The notes under the pieces: model-generated
Database searches by the model: none
Told to the model about the DNA's origin: nothing
What the model saw: the letters and a program-made list of their open reading frames with translations, nothing else
Position numbers and translations under genes: made by a program
Shown here: positions 27,703 to 37,590 of the stretch, in pieces
Layout of the letters: each line of letters opens with the position of its first letter
How positions within the stretch are numbered: position 1 is the stretch's first letter
NCBI GenBank assembly: GCA_963749215.1
Contig: CAVVMA010000012.1
Span: 281,629 to 345,628 of the forward strand
Direction: 5' to 3'
DNA: 64,000 nt
Source of the DNA: an uncultured delta proteobacterium
GTDB taxonomy: Bacteria > Desulfobacterota > Binatia > Binatales > Binataceae

Positions 27703-28413
27703 CTACCAGGGCAAGTCGAGCGATTCGGTGAGGAAGCGCATGAAGGGCGTGGCGGCCTGGCACGCCTCGACGAACCGATCCATGAAGCGCGGCGAGCAGG
27801 CGTCCTTCTCGTTCAGATCGGTGATCGTCACGAAGTCCTTGCGCTTGAGATCTTCGATCAGCGGGTCATTCGGATCGTAGCCTTTCGGCGGGCGCTGTAG
27901 CTTATCGCCGGAGAGCCGGCAGGTCGCTTTGAACTGGGGCGCCCTGACCGCGCGTTTCCACTTCTCGGGATGCGCGACGATCGCGTCTCTAATCTTGGCC
28001 AACGCCGCGCTCTGCGGATGCCACAGGCCGCTTCCCACGAAGACCTCTCCGGGTGAGAGATGCAGATAATAGCCCGGTGTCTCGATATCGCGCCGCTTGC
28101 CCGCGGCGTGATGGAAATACGCGCTGCCGTGGCTTTTGTAAGGGCTCTTGTCGTGCGAGAACCGCGTGTCGCGATAGATTCGGAACATCGAGCCGCCGAC
28201 CGGCCTCGGATCGGCAAGATAGTTTCGGTTCAGCTTGCGAAGCCGCGGCGCGAAATCCGCGATGAAGCGCAGCATCGGGTCGCGCACTTCGTTCTCGTAG
28301 CGGCTCTTGTTGGCCTGGAACCAGTCGCGATTGTTGTTCGCGGCCAGCTCGCGGAAGAAGCGAAAAAATCCCGGCGTGAAATACACCGTGCCCATCACCG
28401 ACGCCTTTAGCAT
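27703..28413 (-). CDS. DUF2461 (TIGR02453) family protein
   Basis: FFRELAANNNRDWFQANKSRYE and FRIYRDTRFSHDKSPYK are hallmark segments of this family. Confidence 0.75.
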   Translation of the reverse strand: MLKASVMGTVYFTPGFFRFFRELAANNNRDWFQANKSRYENEVRDPMLRFIADFAPRLRKLNRNYLADPRPVGGSMFRIYRDTRFSHDKSPYKSHGSAYFHHAAGKRRDIETPGYYLHLSPGEVFVGSGLWHPQSAALAKIRDAIVAHPEKWKRAVRAPQFKATCRLSGDKLQRPPKGYDPNDPLIEDLKRKDFVTITDLNEKDACSPRFMDRFVEACQAATPFMRFLTESLDLPW

Positions 28414-28502
28414 TTTCAGCGCGGTCCGCGCGAGGCTCGTGCGAACCGGGGCAGTGGGCGGTTTTGAGTTTCCGGGTCCGATGATGCTAAAAGCAGCAGA
28501 CC

Positions 28503-28961
28503 GTGTGCGACATAAGCCCGATCCTGCTCAGCGGTCTGTTGGGGGCAGTTCTGGCCGCGACTGCCGCCCTAGCATCTCAGTTTTTGGCGCACTATCTTGC
28601 CGAAAGGCGCGAGCGGAAGAGATTTCAGATACAATCATTTGAGCGGTTTCGCCGCGAGTTCAGTGAAGACCAGAATCTCAGACGGATTAGCGTAAAAGAG
28701 GGCAAGCTTACAGACGACGAAATCGACGATTACATCGGATTTTTCGAAGAAATCGGCATCTATTTCGTGCGCGATCTTGTAGATATTGAGTTGGTTGACG
28801 AAATACTCGGAAACTACATCACAGAAGCGTGGGAAGACGAAGAGATTAGAAAGTCGATTTTCGCGAGCAGGGGAGGCGAAGACGACTCAACCTATTTCAA
28901 ATATTTTGAGGTGTTGGCGCGGCATCTGGTGGCGTTGAAGGAAAAACGTAAGGGACACTGA
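28503..28961 (+). CDS. Hypothetical membrane-anchored acidic protein (possibly DUF4760-like)
   Basis: One N-terminal TM helix (ILLSGLLGAVLAATAALASQFLA) and an Asp/Glu-rich soluble part. Lower GC than the flanks (line 28681-28740 = 28/60). The family guess is weak. Confidence 0.45.
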   Translation: MCDISPILLSGLLGAVLAATAALASQFLAHYLAERRERKRFQIQSFERFRREFSEDQNLRRISVKEGKLTDDEIDDYIGFFEEIGIYFVRDLVDIELVDEILGNYITEAWEDEEIRKSIFASRGGEDDSTYFKYFEVLARHLVALKEKRKGH

Positions 28962-29098
28962 TATGAATCCAGAACGCAAACGACGCGGCGGGCGGAAAAC
29001 GCTCAAACGCAAGAACACCAGAAAATTTGCTAGTGGGCGGTTTTGATTACCCAGTCTTTTCTATCCTGCCGAGTCTCAGACTGAAGAAGTCTGCGAGT

Positions 29099-29476
29099 TC
29101 AGATCGGTTGCCCAACATCGATGCGGTTACCGTCCGGGTCCTCGAACACAAAGGCTCTCAAACCATAGTCCTTGTTCTGAACGCTCTTGATGATGCGCAG
29201 CCCATGGCGCTGACAGATCGAATGGACCGCATCCACGTCGTACACCATCATGTGCGCGACGTTAAATGGGGCTGCGCTGTGATTCGGCTGTAACGTGAGA
29301 TGCAGCTCGGCCTGATCCCGCTTGAGGATCATGAAGCCGACAGGATTGCCGTTCTCGAAAGTCTTCGTGAAGCCGAGAACTTTTGTATAGAAGGCGCACG
29401 CTCTCTCGATGTCTCTAACAGGAAGCATAGCGGCAATTCGTCCAAAGCGAATGCCGTGATCCACTATATCGCTCAT
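29099..29476 (-). CDS. VOC family (glyoxalase/bleomycin-resistance fold) protein
   Basis: 125 aa. MLPVRDIERACAFYTKVLGF...FVFEDPDGNRI. Confidence 0.8.
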   Translation of the reverse strand: MSDIVDHGIRFGRIAAMLPVRDIERACAFYTKVLGFTKTFENGNPVGFMILKRDQAELHLTLQPNHSAAPFNVAHMMVYDVDAVHSICQRHGLRIIKSVQNKDYGLRAFVFEDPDGNRIDVGQPI

Positions 29477-29595
29477 TGCTTAACCTCAATCCGGGTCCGC
29501 ATATTCTGGAGCTTCCGGTTCATCTTGACCCTTTCCCGGGTGTTCTCAAAGAAAGTCGAGCTCCACGGCCACGCCATCGCGCGTTTACAGCGTGG

Positions 29596-31143
29596 CTACA
29601 GCGTCATCTCGATCAACTGCGGGCCCGGCTCGGCGAATGCGCGGAGCAGATTTTCGGTCAGCGCCTCGGCGGTCTCGACGCGCACCGCGGGCACGCCCAT
29701 CCCGCGCGCCAATCGCACCCAATCGAGATCAGGATTGTTGAGCTCGGTGAGCGAGCGGGCCTTGCGGCCGGGCTCGCTCACGCCCGCACGATGCAACTCG
29801 ACCTGCAAAATACGATAGCTGCGATTGTTGCAAAGCAGCGTCGTCACGTTGAGGCTCTCGCGCGCCTGGGTCCACAGCGCCTGGAGCGTGTACATCGCGC
29901 TGCCGTCGGCCTGAAACGCGATCACGCGGCGATCCGGGCACGCGACTGCGGCGCCGGTCGCGCACGGAAGTCCCTGGCCGATCGCGCCGCCGGTCAGTGA
30001 GAGGTAGGTATGGCGCGGCGCTCCCGCCGATGCCATGAAGAACGGCAGGCCGGTAGTCGCGGCCTCGTCCATCACAATTGCGCCCTCGGGCATCAGCGCC
30101 GCGATCGCTGCGCCGACGGTCATCGCGTTAAGCGGTCCGGTCGGAAGGGCAGGGCGATTGAGTGAAGGCTGTGCGCCCGGCCCGCGCGAGGCGCCGATCT
30201 CTTCGGCAATCGCTTCGAGCGCCGCGACGACGTCCTGCTCGGAAGTCGCGAGCGTTTCCACGCCGCATCCATCGGGCACGAGGCGGCTCGGCAGGTTGGG
30301 ATAGCCGAAGAAGGCGACCGGCTCGCGCGCTCCGGCGAGCACGATAGTCTCGAATTTCCCCAGCGCGTCGAGCACTTGCTCGGGAAAGTAGGGCAGCCGC
30401 TCGACCGCCGGCATCCCGGCGCCGCGCTCGACTCGAGCGGGGAAAGTTTCGCACAGCAGGCGGCATCCAGAGGCCGTCGCGATTCGCGCCGCGGCGGCCA
30501 GACCGCGCTCGCGAAGGGCGAGACCGCCGAGCAGGATCGCGAGCTTCGGCGCTGAACGACGAAATGCGGCTGCGGCCGTATCGATCGCGCGCTTCGACGG
30601 CGGCTGCGGTGGCGCGATCTGAATCGGCGCGGCAGGGCCGTCAGCCGGATCCCATTGGCAGTCCGAGGGAACGATCAGCGTCGCGATTTGCCCGGGCGCA
30701 TGCCCGGCCGCCGCGATCGCCGCGGCGGTATCGGCCGCCAGCGAGTTGGAGCTTTGCGCCGAGCGAATCCACGCCGACACCGGCCGCGCGAGCGAGACGA
30801 TATCGGAGGTGAGCGGCGCGTCAGCGGCGAGATGCCAGGTCGCGTGATCGCCGATCAGATTGACGATCGGCGATCGCGCGCGCCGCGCGTTGTGCAAGTT
30901 GGCGATTCCGTTGGCAAAGCCGGGGCCGAGATGCAACAGCGTCATCGCCGGCTTGTCGGCCATCCGGCCGTAGCCATCGGCTGCACCGGTACACACGCCC
31001 TCGAACAATCCGAGCACGGGGCGAATTCCCTCGACCGCGTCGAGCGCCGCGACGATCGGCATCTCGGTGGTGCCGGGATTGGCGAAGCATATTTCCACCC
31101 CCGCAGCGACCGCGGTGCGAATCAGGCTCTCCGCGCCGTTCAT
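29596..31143 (-). CDS. Thiamine pyrophosphate-binding protein, acetolactate synthase large subunit-like
   Basis: [29 protein letters not shown] and the TPP motif region GAIGQGLP...QADGSAMYT...NN. Confidence 0.85.
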   Translation of the reverse strand: MNGAESLIRTAVAAGVEICFANPGTTEMPIVAALDAVEGIRPVLGLFEGVCTGAADGYGRMADKPAMTLLHLGPGFANGIANLHNARRARSPIVNLIGDHATWHLAADAPLTSDIVSLARPVSAWIRSAQSSNSLAADTAAAIAAAGHAPGQIATLIVPSDCQWDPADGPAAPIQIAPPQPPSKRAIDTAAAAFRRSAPKLAILLGGLALRERGLAAAARIATASGCRLLCETFPARVERGAGMPAVERLPYFPEQVLDALGKFETIVLAGAREPVAFFGYPNLPSRLVPDGCGVETLATSEQDVVAALEAIAEEIGASRGPGAQPSLNRPALPTGPLNAMTVGAAIAALMPEGAIVMDEAATTGLPFFMASAGAPRHTYLSLTGGAIGQGLPCATGAAVACPDRRVIAFQADGSAMYTLQALWTQARESLNVTTLLCNNRSYRILQVELHRAGVSEPGRKARSLTELNNPDLDWVRLARGMGVPAVRVETAEALTENLLRAFAEPGPQLIEMTL

Positions 31144-31162
31144 ACAGTGAAACGCTCGCGGC

Positions 31163-32608
31163 TCAGGCGGCGAGTTTGCCGACGGCGCCGGCGACCTGTG
31201 TCCCGGCGAAGAAATCGGGATTGCCTCTGAGATGGAGCCGCGCCGGATAGGTAAAGACGAAATCGCGGTAGTCGGCGTCCGACAGTAGTCCCTTTTCGAC
31301 CAGGCGATGGCTTTCCAGCAGCACGACCTTGATATCCGGAACGTCCCAATGTCCGATATCCGAGCTGAACACCGCCTGCAGGCGCGAGCGGAACGGATTG
31401 CCGCGCGCGTCGAGCGCGCGATAGACGCTGGGGTCGTCGGCTTCGCAGCCGAAGAAGAAGCTCTGGAACATCCGCGCGAAGTCGTGCTCCTCCTTCACGC
31501 CCGACAGCGCCCATTCATCGCGTTCGGCCATCGAGTTTGCGTGCCGATCGATTCCTTCGTCGTAAGCGCGCGGCGTCCGGCCCGTCGACTCATTCACGAC
31601 CCAGTCCTTGCCGCCGTATTCGAGCAGCAGCGCGTTCATGCGCGCCCGATCGCGCCGCGCGGGATCGTAGTTGCGGAGCCCTTCGAGGTTGCGCTTCTCC
31701 CAATGTTCTTCGAGCGAGTGCAGCAGATCGCAGCCCCATCCCGCGCCGCCTTCGAGAAAGCCGAAGTTGAGATTTGGGAATCGCGAGGCGACGCCGCCCA
31801 TCGCGAGCGAACGGCAAAGCTCGCCCTGCTGATACGCATGGCCGCCGATATGGTTGTACATGTAGTTGCTCGGCGAGCGGCGGCCCAGCGGCAGATAGCG
31901 CAGTCCCACGCCGCCGTGCGAGGTCACCGCGACGCCCAGCTCGATGAACTTGCGCCACACCGGATCGTAGTCGTACGCGCTATCCAGCCCGTAACAGTCG
32001 AAGTACGCGGCGTACGGGAAAGCGGCCGGAGCGGTTTGCTCCAGCGCCGGAATCGGACGGGCGACGCCGGGCGGAATCATCGCGACCTTGAGCCCGAGCG
32101 TTTTGCGCGCGTACTCGAGCTCGGCGATCGCTTCGTCGGGCGTATGCGTCGGGATCGCCGCGGCGGGAGTGAGCCGGTCGGCGCAGCTCGCGCAACTCTC
32201 GGCGTTCATCGTATTGAGCGCGCGGCACGCGCCGCGACGCACGTCGGGATCGTAGATCGTCGGGAGAGCGAGGCCGAGCGTGGGATAGAGAATCGCGAAA
32301 TCGATTCCGATCTCGTCCATCCGCTGGTAGAGCAGCCGGGGCGCCATCACGGTTGCCAGGTCGTACGCATCGTTGGTGATGCCCCACCAGGCGCCGCGCA
32401 TGTCACCCGAGTGACTATTGCCGCGCGAGCCGGTCGGATGCTCGCGGATCTCGCGACGATAGCGGTCGAGCAGCTCGGCGCCGCCGACCTTGCGCAGGTA
32501 GCTGTCGAACAGCGGGGCGGGCTCGATCAGATGGCCGTCGCCGTCGATCACCGGATGGTCCAGTTTGGCGCGTAGCGCGGCTACTTTGGCGATCTTTTCG
32601 GTGGACAT
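31163..32608 (-). CDS. Amidohydrolase family protein (amidohydrolase_2/ACMSD-like)
   Basis: N-terminal [11 protein letters not shown], internal SHGG, C-terminal FSSDIGHWD. Confidence 0.65.
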   Translation of the reverse strand: MSTEKIAKVAALRAKLDHPVIDGDGHLIEPAPLFDSYLRKVGGAELLDRYRREIREHPTGSRGNSHSGDMRGAWWGITNDAYDLATVMAPRLLYQRMDEIGIDFAILYPTLGLALPTIYDPDVRRGACRALNTMNAESCASCADRLTPAAAIPTHTPDEAIAELEYARKTLGLKVAMIPPGVARPIPALEQTAPAAFPYAAYFDCYGLDSAYDYDPVWRKFIELGVAVTSHGGVGLRYLPLGRRSPSNYMYNHIGGHAYQQGELCRSLAMGGVASRFPNLNFGFLEGGAGWGCDLLHSLEEHWEKRNLEGLRNYDPARRDRARMNALLLEYGGKDWVVNESTGRTPRAYDEGIDRHANSMAERDEWALSGVKEEHDFARMFQSFFFGCEADDPSVYRALDARGNPFRSRLQAVFSSDIGHWDVPDIKVVLLESHRLVEKGLLSDADYRDFVFTYPARLHLRGNPDFFAGTQVAGAVGKLAA

Positions 32609-32647
32609 CGCGGATTCCTCCTTCGTTGCGACTCGCGGTCGCGTGCG

Positions 32648-32736
32648 CCCTCACCCGCCGGGCGACTTGCTGTCGCAAGTTGCCCGGCGGCCTCTCCCGG
32701 TTTGCGCCTGCGGACAATCCGCAGGCGCGGGAGAGG
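32648..32736. repeat. Member of the CCTCTCCC/GGGAGAGG + CCCTCACCC palindromic repeat family
   Basis: ccctcaccc (32648-32656), then the hairpin gccgggcgacttgc/gcaagttgcccggc, then cctctccc (32691-32698), a loop, and gggagagg (32729-32736). Confidence 0.8.
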
Positions 32737-32820
32737 TGGTTCGCTTCACTCCGGCTCTGAGCGAAGGTGAAGCAAGCCCATGTGGAGCGAATAGGCTTTC
32801 TTGGCCTCGTTGGTCAAGGT

Positions 32821-33969
32821 TCAGGCCTCACGATTTCGGCTCGATCGCAACATCCGCGGGGCGCTGCGTCGCGAGAGCGCGGCTGCGGTTGCGGGGTCGA
32901 GGCGGTCGCGCAGATGGTCGCCGAGAAAGTTGAACGACATCACGGCCAGAAAGATGAAACCGCCCGGGATCAGAATCCACGGGTAGCGCGCGAGGTTCTG
33001 AACATCCTGCGCCTGCGCCAGCAGATTACCCCAGCTCGCGGCCGGCTCCTGAATACCGAGTCCGAGCAGCGACAGCGCGCTCTCACCCAGGATGAAGCCG
33101 GGGATAGAGAGCGTCGCGGCCACCACCGCGTAACCGATCACCGACGGGATCACATGGAGCACCAGCACGCGTATCGCGGGTGCGCCGAGCGCGCGCGCGG
33201 CCTCGACGTAAGGGCGCGAGCGCACCGACGCCGCCATCCCGCGGATGATTCGGGCGAAACCGGCCCAACTGATGAAGCTCATGATCGCGACGATCATGAA
33301 GAAGGTCTGCACGGTGCCCATCCCGGGCGGAATCACGGCCGCGAGCGCGAGCAGGAAATAGAACGACGGCAGCGACATCTCGATTTCCGACCATCGCATG
33401 ATCAGGTTGTCGGTCAATCCGCCCACGTAGCCGGAGAACGCGCCCACCGTGATCCCGAGCGAAAATGTGATCAGCACGCCGACCAGGCCGACGCACATGC
33501 TGACCCGCGAGCCGTAAATGATCCGGGAGAGCAGGTCGCGCCCCAGCCCGTCGCTGCCCATCGCGAAGTAGGGCGGGTCGGCCCCGTCGGTTGCGAACAG
33601 ATGTCCTCGCGCCAGAAGGTGCAGGTATATCCTGCGGCTGTGATCCTCGGCGAACTTCCGCTCGGTCGGGTCCGCCATCCGCATCGCGTAGGTGTAGAGC
33701 AGGCCCCGCGGCCAGTTCGCCGGGTCGCTCAGATGAAGCGTCATCGGCGGGCAATCCGGCATCTCGCGATACTGAAGGGTCGGATCGTAGGGCGCGAAAA
33801 ATGGCGACGCGGCGGCCAGCGCGTAGAAAAAAATCAGGCAGAGCGCCGAGCCGCGCACCGGCCACGAGGCCCATCGCCATTCGCGCGCGATCCCGGCGCG
33901 CCATCGCGAGCGCGGCGCGCCGGCGGCGCCGGCCCGGGCGGGATCGATCGCGAGCGCGGACGCTTTCAT
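32821..33969 (-). CDS. Peptide/nickel ABC transporter permease (OppC/DppC-like) with extended N-terminus
   Basis: GSDGLGRDLLSRIIYGSR and a binding-protein-dependent transport signature region. The ATG at 33969 overlaps the upstream permease stop (ATGA). Confidence 0.85.
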   Translation of the reverse strand: MKASALAIDPARAGAAGAPRSRWRAGIAREWRWASWPVRGSALCLIFFYALAAASPFFAPYDPTLQYREMPDCPPMTLHLSDPANWPRGLLYTYAMRMADPTERKFAEDHSRRIYLHLLARGHLFATDGADPPYFAMGSDGLGRDLLSRIIYGSRVSMCVGLVGVLITFSLGITVGAFSGYVGGLTDNLIMRWSEIEMSLPSFYFLLALAAVIPPGMGTVQTFFMIVAIMSFISWAGFARIIRGMAASVRSRPYVEAARALGAPAIRVLVLHVIPSVIGYAVVAATLSIPGFILGESALSLLGLGIQEPAASWGNLLAQAQDVQNLARYPWILIPGGFIFLAVMSFNFLGDHLRDRLDPATAAALSRRSAPRMLRSSRNREA

Positions 33970-34940
33970 GAGCGTGACGAGAAATCGACCCGCGGGTCGA
34001 CCGCCACCAACGCGATATCGGCGAGCAGATTGCCGAGCAGAAGCATCGCGGCGCCCATCAGCACCGATCCCATCACCAGGTAGATATCGAGCGAGCGGAC
34101 CGCGTCGAGCAGCAACAGCCCGAGCCCCTGCAGGTTCATCACCGCCTCGACCAGCGCCGCGCCGCTGAGCAAGTCGGCAAGGCCGTAACCCGCCATCGTG
34201 ACGAACGGATTGAGCGCGTTGCGCAGCACGTGCTTGTAGATCACGACCCGCTCGGAGAGTCCCTTGGCGCGCGCGGTGCGGACGAACTCGGCGTTCTTGA
34301 TTTCCAGTATCTGCGAGCGCATCAGGCGCATCAGGCCGGCCATCCCCGACGTGCCCAGCACGATCACGGGCAGCACCAGATGGTTCACGCGGTCGGCGAG
34401 CTTGCCCCAGAAATCGAGCGTCACGTAGTCGACCGAAACCGTGCCGCCCACCGGGAACCATCCGGTGCGCAACGCGAAGTACATCGCGAGGAACGCGAAG
34501 AAAAAGCTCGGCAGCGACATTCCAAAGAAAGCGAGGAAAGAGAGCACCCGATCGAGGATCGTGTCCTGCTTGACGGCGACGACGATTCCGATCGGAATCG
34601 CGAGCAGCCAGGAAAACAGCATGCTGCTGACCGCGAGGATCACCGTGTTCAGCGCGCGCGAGGAAATCAGCTCGACCACGCTGACGCGATAGGCCAGCGA
34701 GATGCCGAAGTCGAGGTGGACGGCGCTCCAGAGCCACTTGAGGTAGCGCAGGAGCAGGGGCTTATCGAGGCCGAACTCGGCCTCCATCTGGCGGATCACG
34801 TCGGGGGAGATCGACGGATTGAGCTTGAGGCTGGAGAGAAAATCGCCCGGCACGAGCGACATCACGAGGAACGACAGGAACGTGATCCCGATAATGAGCG
34901 GGATCATGTTGAGCACGCGCTTTACGATGAAGCGGAGCAT
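33966..34940 (-). CDS. Peptide/nickel ABC transporter permease (OppB/DppB-like)
   Basis: MLRFIVKRVLNMIPLIIGITFLSFL...EFVRTARAKGLSE. Confidence 0.9.
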   Translation of the reverse strand: MLRFIVKRVLNMIPLIIGITFLSFLVMSLVPGDFLSSLKLNPSISPDVIRQMEAEFGLDKPLLLRYLKWLWSAVHLDFGISLAYRVSVVELISSRALNTVILAVSSMLFSWLLAIPIGIVVAVKQDTILDRVLSFLAFFGMSLPSFFFAFLAMYFALRTGWFPVGGTVSVDYVTLDFWGKLADRVNHLVLPVIVLGTSGMAGLMRLMRSQILEIKNAEFVRTARAKGLSERVVIYKHVLRNALNPFVTMAGYGLADLLSGAALVEAVMNLQGLGLLLLDAVRSLDIYLVMGSVLMGAAMLLLGNLLADIALVAVDPRVDFSSRS

Positions 34941-34976
34941 CGAGGGTGGGCGATCGGGGGTTCCAGCACCCGGAGC

Positions 34977-35972
34977 CTAATCCGCGCGGAACTGCATCCA
35001 CTCGGGCTTGTAGAGTCCCCAGACCGTCGGATTGTAGTTCTCGAGCTGGTTCTTGTAGGCGCTGAAGGTCATCTGGCGGACGGTCTCGATAATCGGCAAC
35101 TGCTCGTGGAAGATTTCCTGGATACGCCAGTAATAGGGCGCGCGCTTTTTGGTGTCCATCTCGGCCGAGCCCTCGTCGAGCAGCCGATCGATCTCGGCCT
35201 CCCACGCCGTGGCCGGAGTCTTCTGGCCGGGGTTCCACATGTGCAGGTTGCCCGACGAGCGGTAGAAGTTCGCGCCGTTGTTGGGCTCGATGCCGCCGGT
35301 GAAGCCGATCAGGATGCAATCCCAGTCGAAGCTCGAATCGATCTTCTCGACCAGGGTGGTGAACTCCAGCGGCCGGTAATTCACGCGGATTCCGAGGTCG
35401 GCGAGATCCTGCTTGAAGATCGCGCACATCTGATCGCGAGTGGCGACGCCGGTGTTGGTCATCAGGTTGAATTCGAGCGGCACGCCATGAGGATCGACCC
35501 GGACGCCGGGCTTCGCGAGATGATAGCCGGCGGATTCCAGCAACTGCGCCGCCAGCTTTGGATCGTAGCCGTAATCTTTGAGGTTGGGGTCGTGGAAAAT
35601 CTTGTTGGCGGGCGAGATTTCGGCAGTCGCCGGCGCGCCGAATCCGTGGAAGCAAAGGTTGACCATCGCGCGCTTGTCGATTGAATGTGCGATCGCGCGC
35701 AGGAAGGCCGGATCGGTGAACCAGCCGAGCTTCGGATCGGTCTTGCCGTCGCGTACGTAGTGGCGCGGGTTGCGATTGAAGGAGAAAAACAGCTCGCCGG
35801 TATCGATTCCCGTGTCCGCCATCGTTATCCCGAGCGCGGCGGTCTTGCTGCGCAGGTCGAGCACCTCTTCGGGACGCGGACTGTAAACGTCGGTCTGACC
35901 CGACAGAAATTTCAGATAAGACGCGTTCTGGTCCTGCACGATCAGCAGCATCTCACCGTGCAGTCTCGGCAA
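34977..35972 (-). CDS. Family-5 peptide ABC substrate-binding protein, C-terminal half (frame-shifted from upstream half)
   Basis: LPRLHGEMLLIVQDQNASYLKFLSGQTDV... continues the SBP that ends prematurely at 35953 in another frame. Confidence 0.8.
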   Translation of the reverse strand: MPRLHGEMLLIVQDQNASYLKFLSGQTDVYSPRPEEVLDLRSKTAALGITMADTGIDTGELFFSFNRNPRHYVRDGKTDPKLGWFTDPAFLRAIAHSIDKRAMVNLCFHGFGAPATAEISPANKIFHDPNLKDYGYDPKLAAQLLESAGYHLAKPGVRVDPHGVPLEFNLMTNTGVATRDQMCAIFKQDLADLGIRVNYRPLEFTTLVEKIDSSFDWDCILIGFTGGIEPNNGANFYRSSGNLHMWNPGQKTPATAWEAEIDRLLDEGSAEMDTKKRAPYYWRIQEIFHEQLPIIETVRQMTFSAYKNQLENYNPTVWGLYKPEWMQFRAD

Positions 35973-37590
35973 GGGTTGCGTCGTGCTCGTCGCGCATCCA
36001 GTAGTCGGGATTGCGCTGGTAGGCGACGAACTGGGCCGGGACGTAGCGCGTCATGCGAAACTGTCCGAGCCCGATGATTTTTTCCGGCGGCGTATCGATG
36101 CCCCAGGTCCGATTGAAGCTCCCGGAATCGAGCGCCGCCTTGAGCACGTGCTCCGGAAGAATCTCGAATCCGATCGAATAGAGAATCGGCGCGAACGGCC
36201 GCGGCATCGTCATGACTACGGTGTAGTCGTCGGGCGCGGTGGCTTTAATCGGTTGGCCATCGATGGTGAGAATCGGGCGCACGCTGTTGGGCACCCTGGG
36301 ATCGTAGATTGCGCGCAGGGTAAAAAGCACGTCGCGCGCGGTCAGCGGCTGGCCGTCGAACCATTTGAGGCCGTGGCGCAGATGAAAGGTGATCGTCTTG
36401 CCGCCGTCGCTCAAGTCCCAGCTCGACGCCAGCCCCGGCTCGGGCAAGGTCGTGACCGGATTGGTCCTGACCAGCCCCTCGAAGATGCCGTTGAGCGCCT
36501 GGCCTGATGCGTTGTCCGTAACCAGCAGGGGATTGAAAGTTCGCGGGTCGCTGATCGTGGCTTCGTACAACACCTGCTCGCCGGCATGATCGGGCGCCGC
36601 GTGCCTGACGCGGCATCCGGCGCCGAGCACGAGCGCGATCAAGCGCGGGCAGCGGAACGCACTTGATGAACCGGAAACCGATCGTCGGTCTATGGCGCGG
36701 ACGAAGACAGAGTCTGGTTGGTCAAGGTCGATCTCCCTGGTCGAGGGTCCGGGCGACAACACGAACATCGAATCGGCAATCGCGCCGTTAACGATCGGAC
36801 GCTGCAGGCTGAACTTCACCGTGCTATGCGCGAGCGGGAAATCCGCCTCGATTTCGTACGCCATCATGATTCCGCCGATGTCCTGAAAATCGCTGTAGTG
36901 CACTTCGTACCTGACTCGGCCGTCGGCGAGCCTCTGCCGGACCATTGCAAGCTGATTTTGCGCAAGCTGATCTTGCGCAAACTGGCGATAGGTGAAACCA
37001 AGCTCGAGCGTGCCGCCGCCGGACGATACATAAGACAGGACCAGCAGGCCATCGCTGACCCGAACCGACGCGGGGGCGGCGGAGAGGATCGCGTCGTCGG
37101 GCGAGAGTCCCATCAGCAAGTCCACCGCGGGCTTCGGCGCGAGCGGCACCTGCGCGAATCGATCGAGCGTGTCGGCGGTTGCCGCACCGCGCATCAGCGT
37201 GTTGTCGGAGGAGCGAAAGATCGCAAGCCGTGAGTCCTTCGCCGTCAGTACCATCGACACTCCGAACGGCGACATCGCCTCGATCCTGAGGTCATTCGGG
37301 CGCCGGATCGTGATCTGCTCGCGGACCTTCAGATGATGGCCTGGATTCGTGTACTCCATCACGGCCGGGGTCTGCATCGAATCAAGGCTGCGACTGCGCT
37401 CGGCCAGCGCGGCGGCCAGCCTGGCCGGCAGAGACGGATCTTCGTGCGGTGCCCAGATGCCGCGCGGCGCATTGGGCTCGATGAGGGAACAGGCGGAAAG
37501 CTGGACCGCGGCGGCGATCAAAACAACGGATGCCGTCCACGGCCACCGGCGCGATGCGAACCGCCGCCTACTGCGCGGCGCTCCCCACAT
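35953..37590 (-). CDS. Composite ORF: LolB-like/DUF4292 lipoprotein running without a stop into the N-terminal half of the family-5 SBP
   Basis: N-terminal lipobox LSAC, then RPNDLRIEAMSPFGVSMVL...LLMGL (LolB/DUF4292-like). A second lipobox-like LVLGAGC follows, then the SBP block YEATISDPRTFNPLLV...WFDGQPLTARDV. Confidence 0.6.
   Translation of the reverse strand: MWGAPRSRRRFASRRWPWTASVVLIAAAVQLSACSLIEPNAPRGIWAPHEDPSLPARLAAALAERSRSLDSMQTPAVMEYTNPGHHLKVREQITIRRPNDLRIEAMSPFGVSMVLTAKDSRLAIFRSSDNTLMRGAATADTLDRFAQVPLAPKPAVDLLMGLSPDDAILSAAPASVRVSDGLLVLSYVSSGGGTLELGFTYRQFAQDQLAQNQLAMVRQRLADGRVRYEVHYSDFQDIGGIMMAYEIEADFPLAHSTVKFSLQRPIVNGAIADSMFVLSPGPSTREIDLDQPDSVFVRAIDRRSVSGSSSAFRCPRLIALVLGAGCRVRHAAPDHAGEQVLYEATISDPRTFNPLLVTDNASGQALNGIFEGLVRTNPVTTLPEPGLASSWDLSDGGKTITFHLRHGLKWFDGQPLTARDVLFTLRAIYDPRVPNSVRPILTIDGQPIKATAPDDYTVVMTMPRPFAPILYSIGFEILPEHVLKAALDSGSFNRTWGIDTPPEKIIGLGQFRMTRYVPAQFVAYQRNPDYWMRDEHDATLAETAR

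Noticed and set aside
29069-29085. Hairpin cagact-gaaga-agtctg between the convergent 28503-28961 and VOC genes, considered as a bidirectional terminator.
   Set aside because: The stem is only 6 bp with no flanking T or A run. This is too weak to call.
36946-36985. Imperfect 15-bp tandem duplication (gcaagctgattttgc / gcaagctgatcttgc) inside the LolB-like coding region. A 9-bp tandem ggtcgatct x2 also occurs at 37621-37638 in the TPR gene tail.
   Set aside because: These are in-frame micro-duplications encoding short repeats (QDQLAQNQLA; DQIDQID). They are ordinary slippage products with no evident function.
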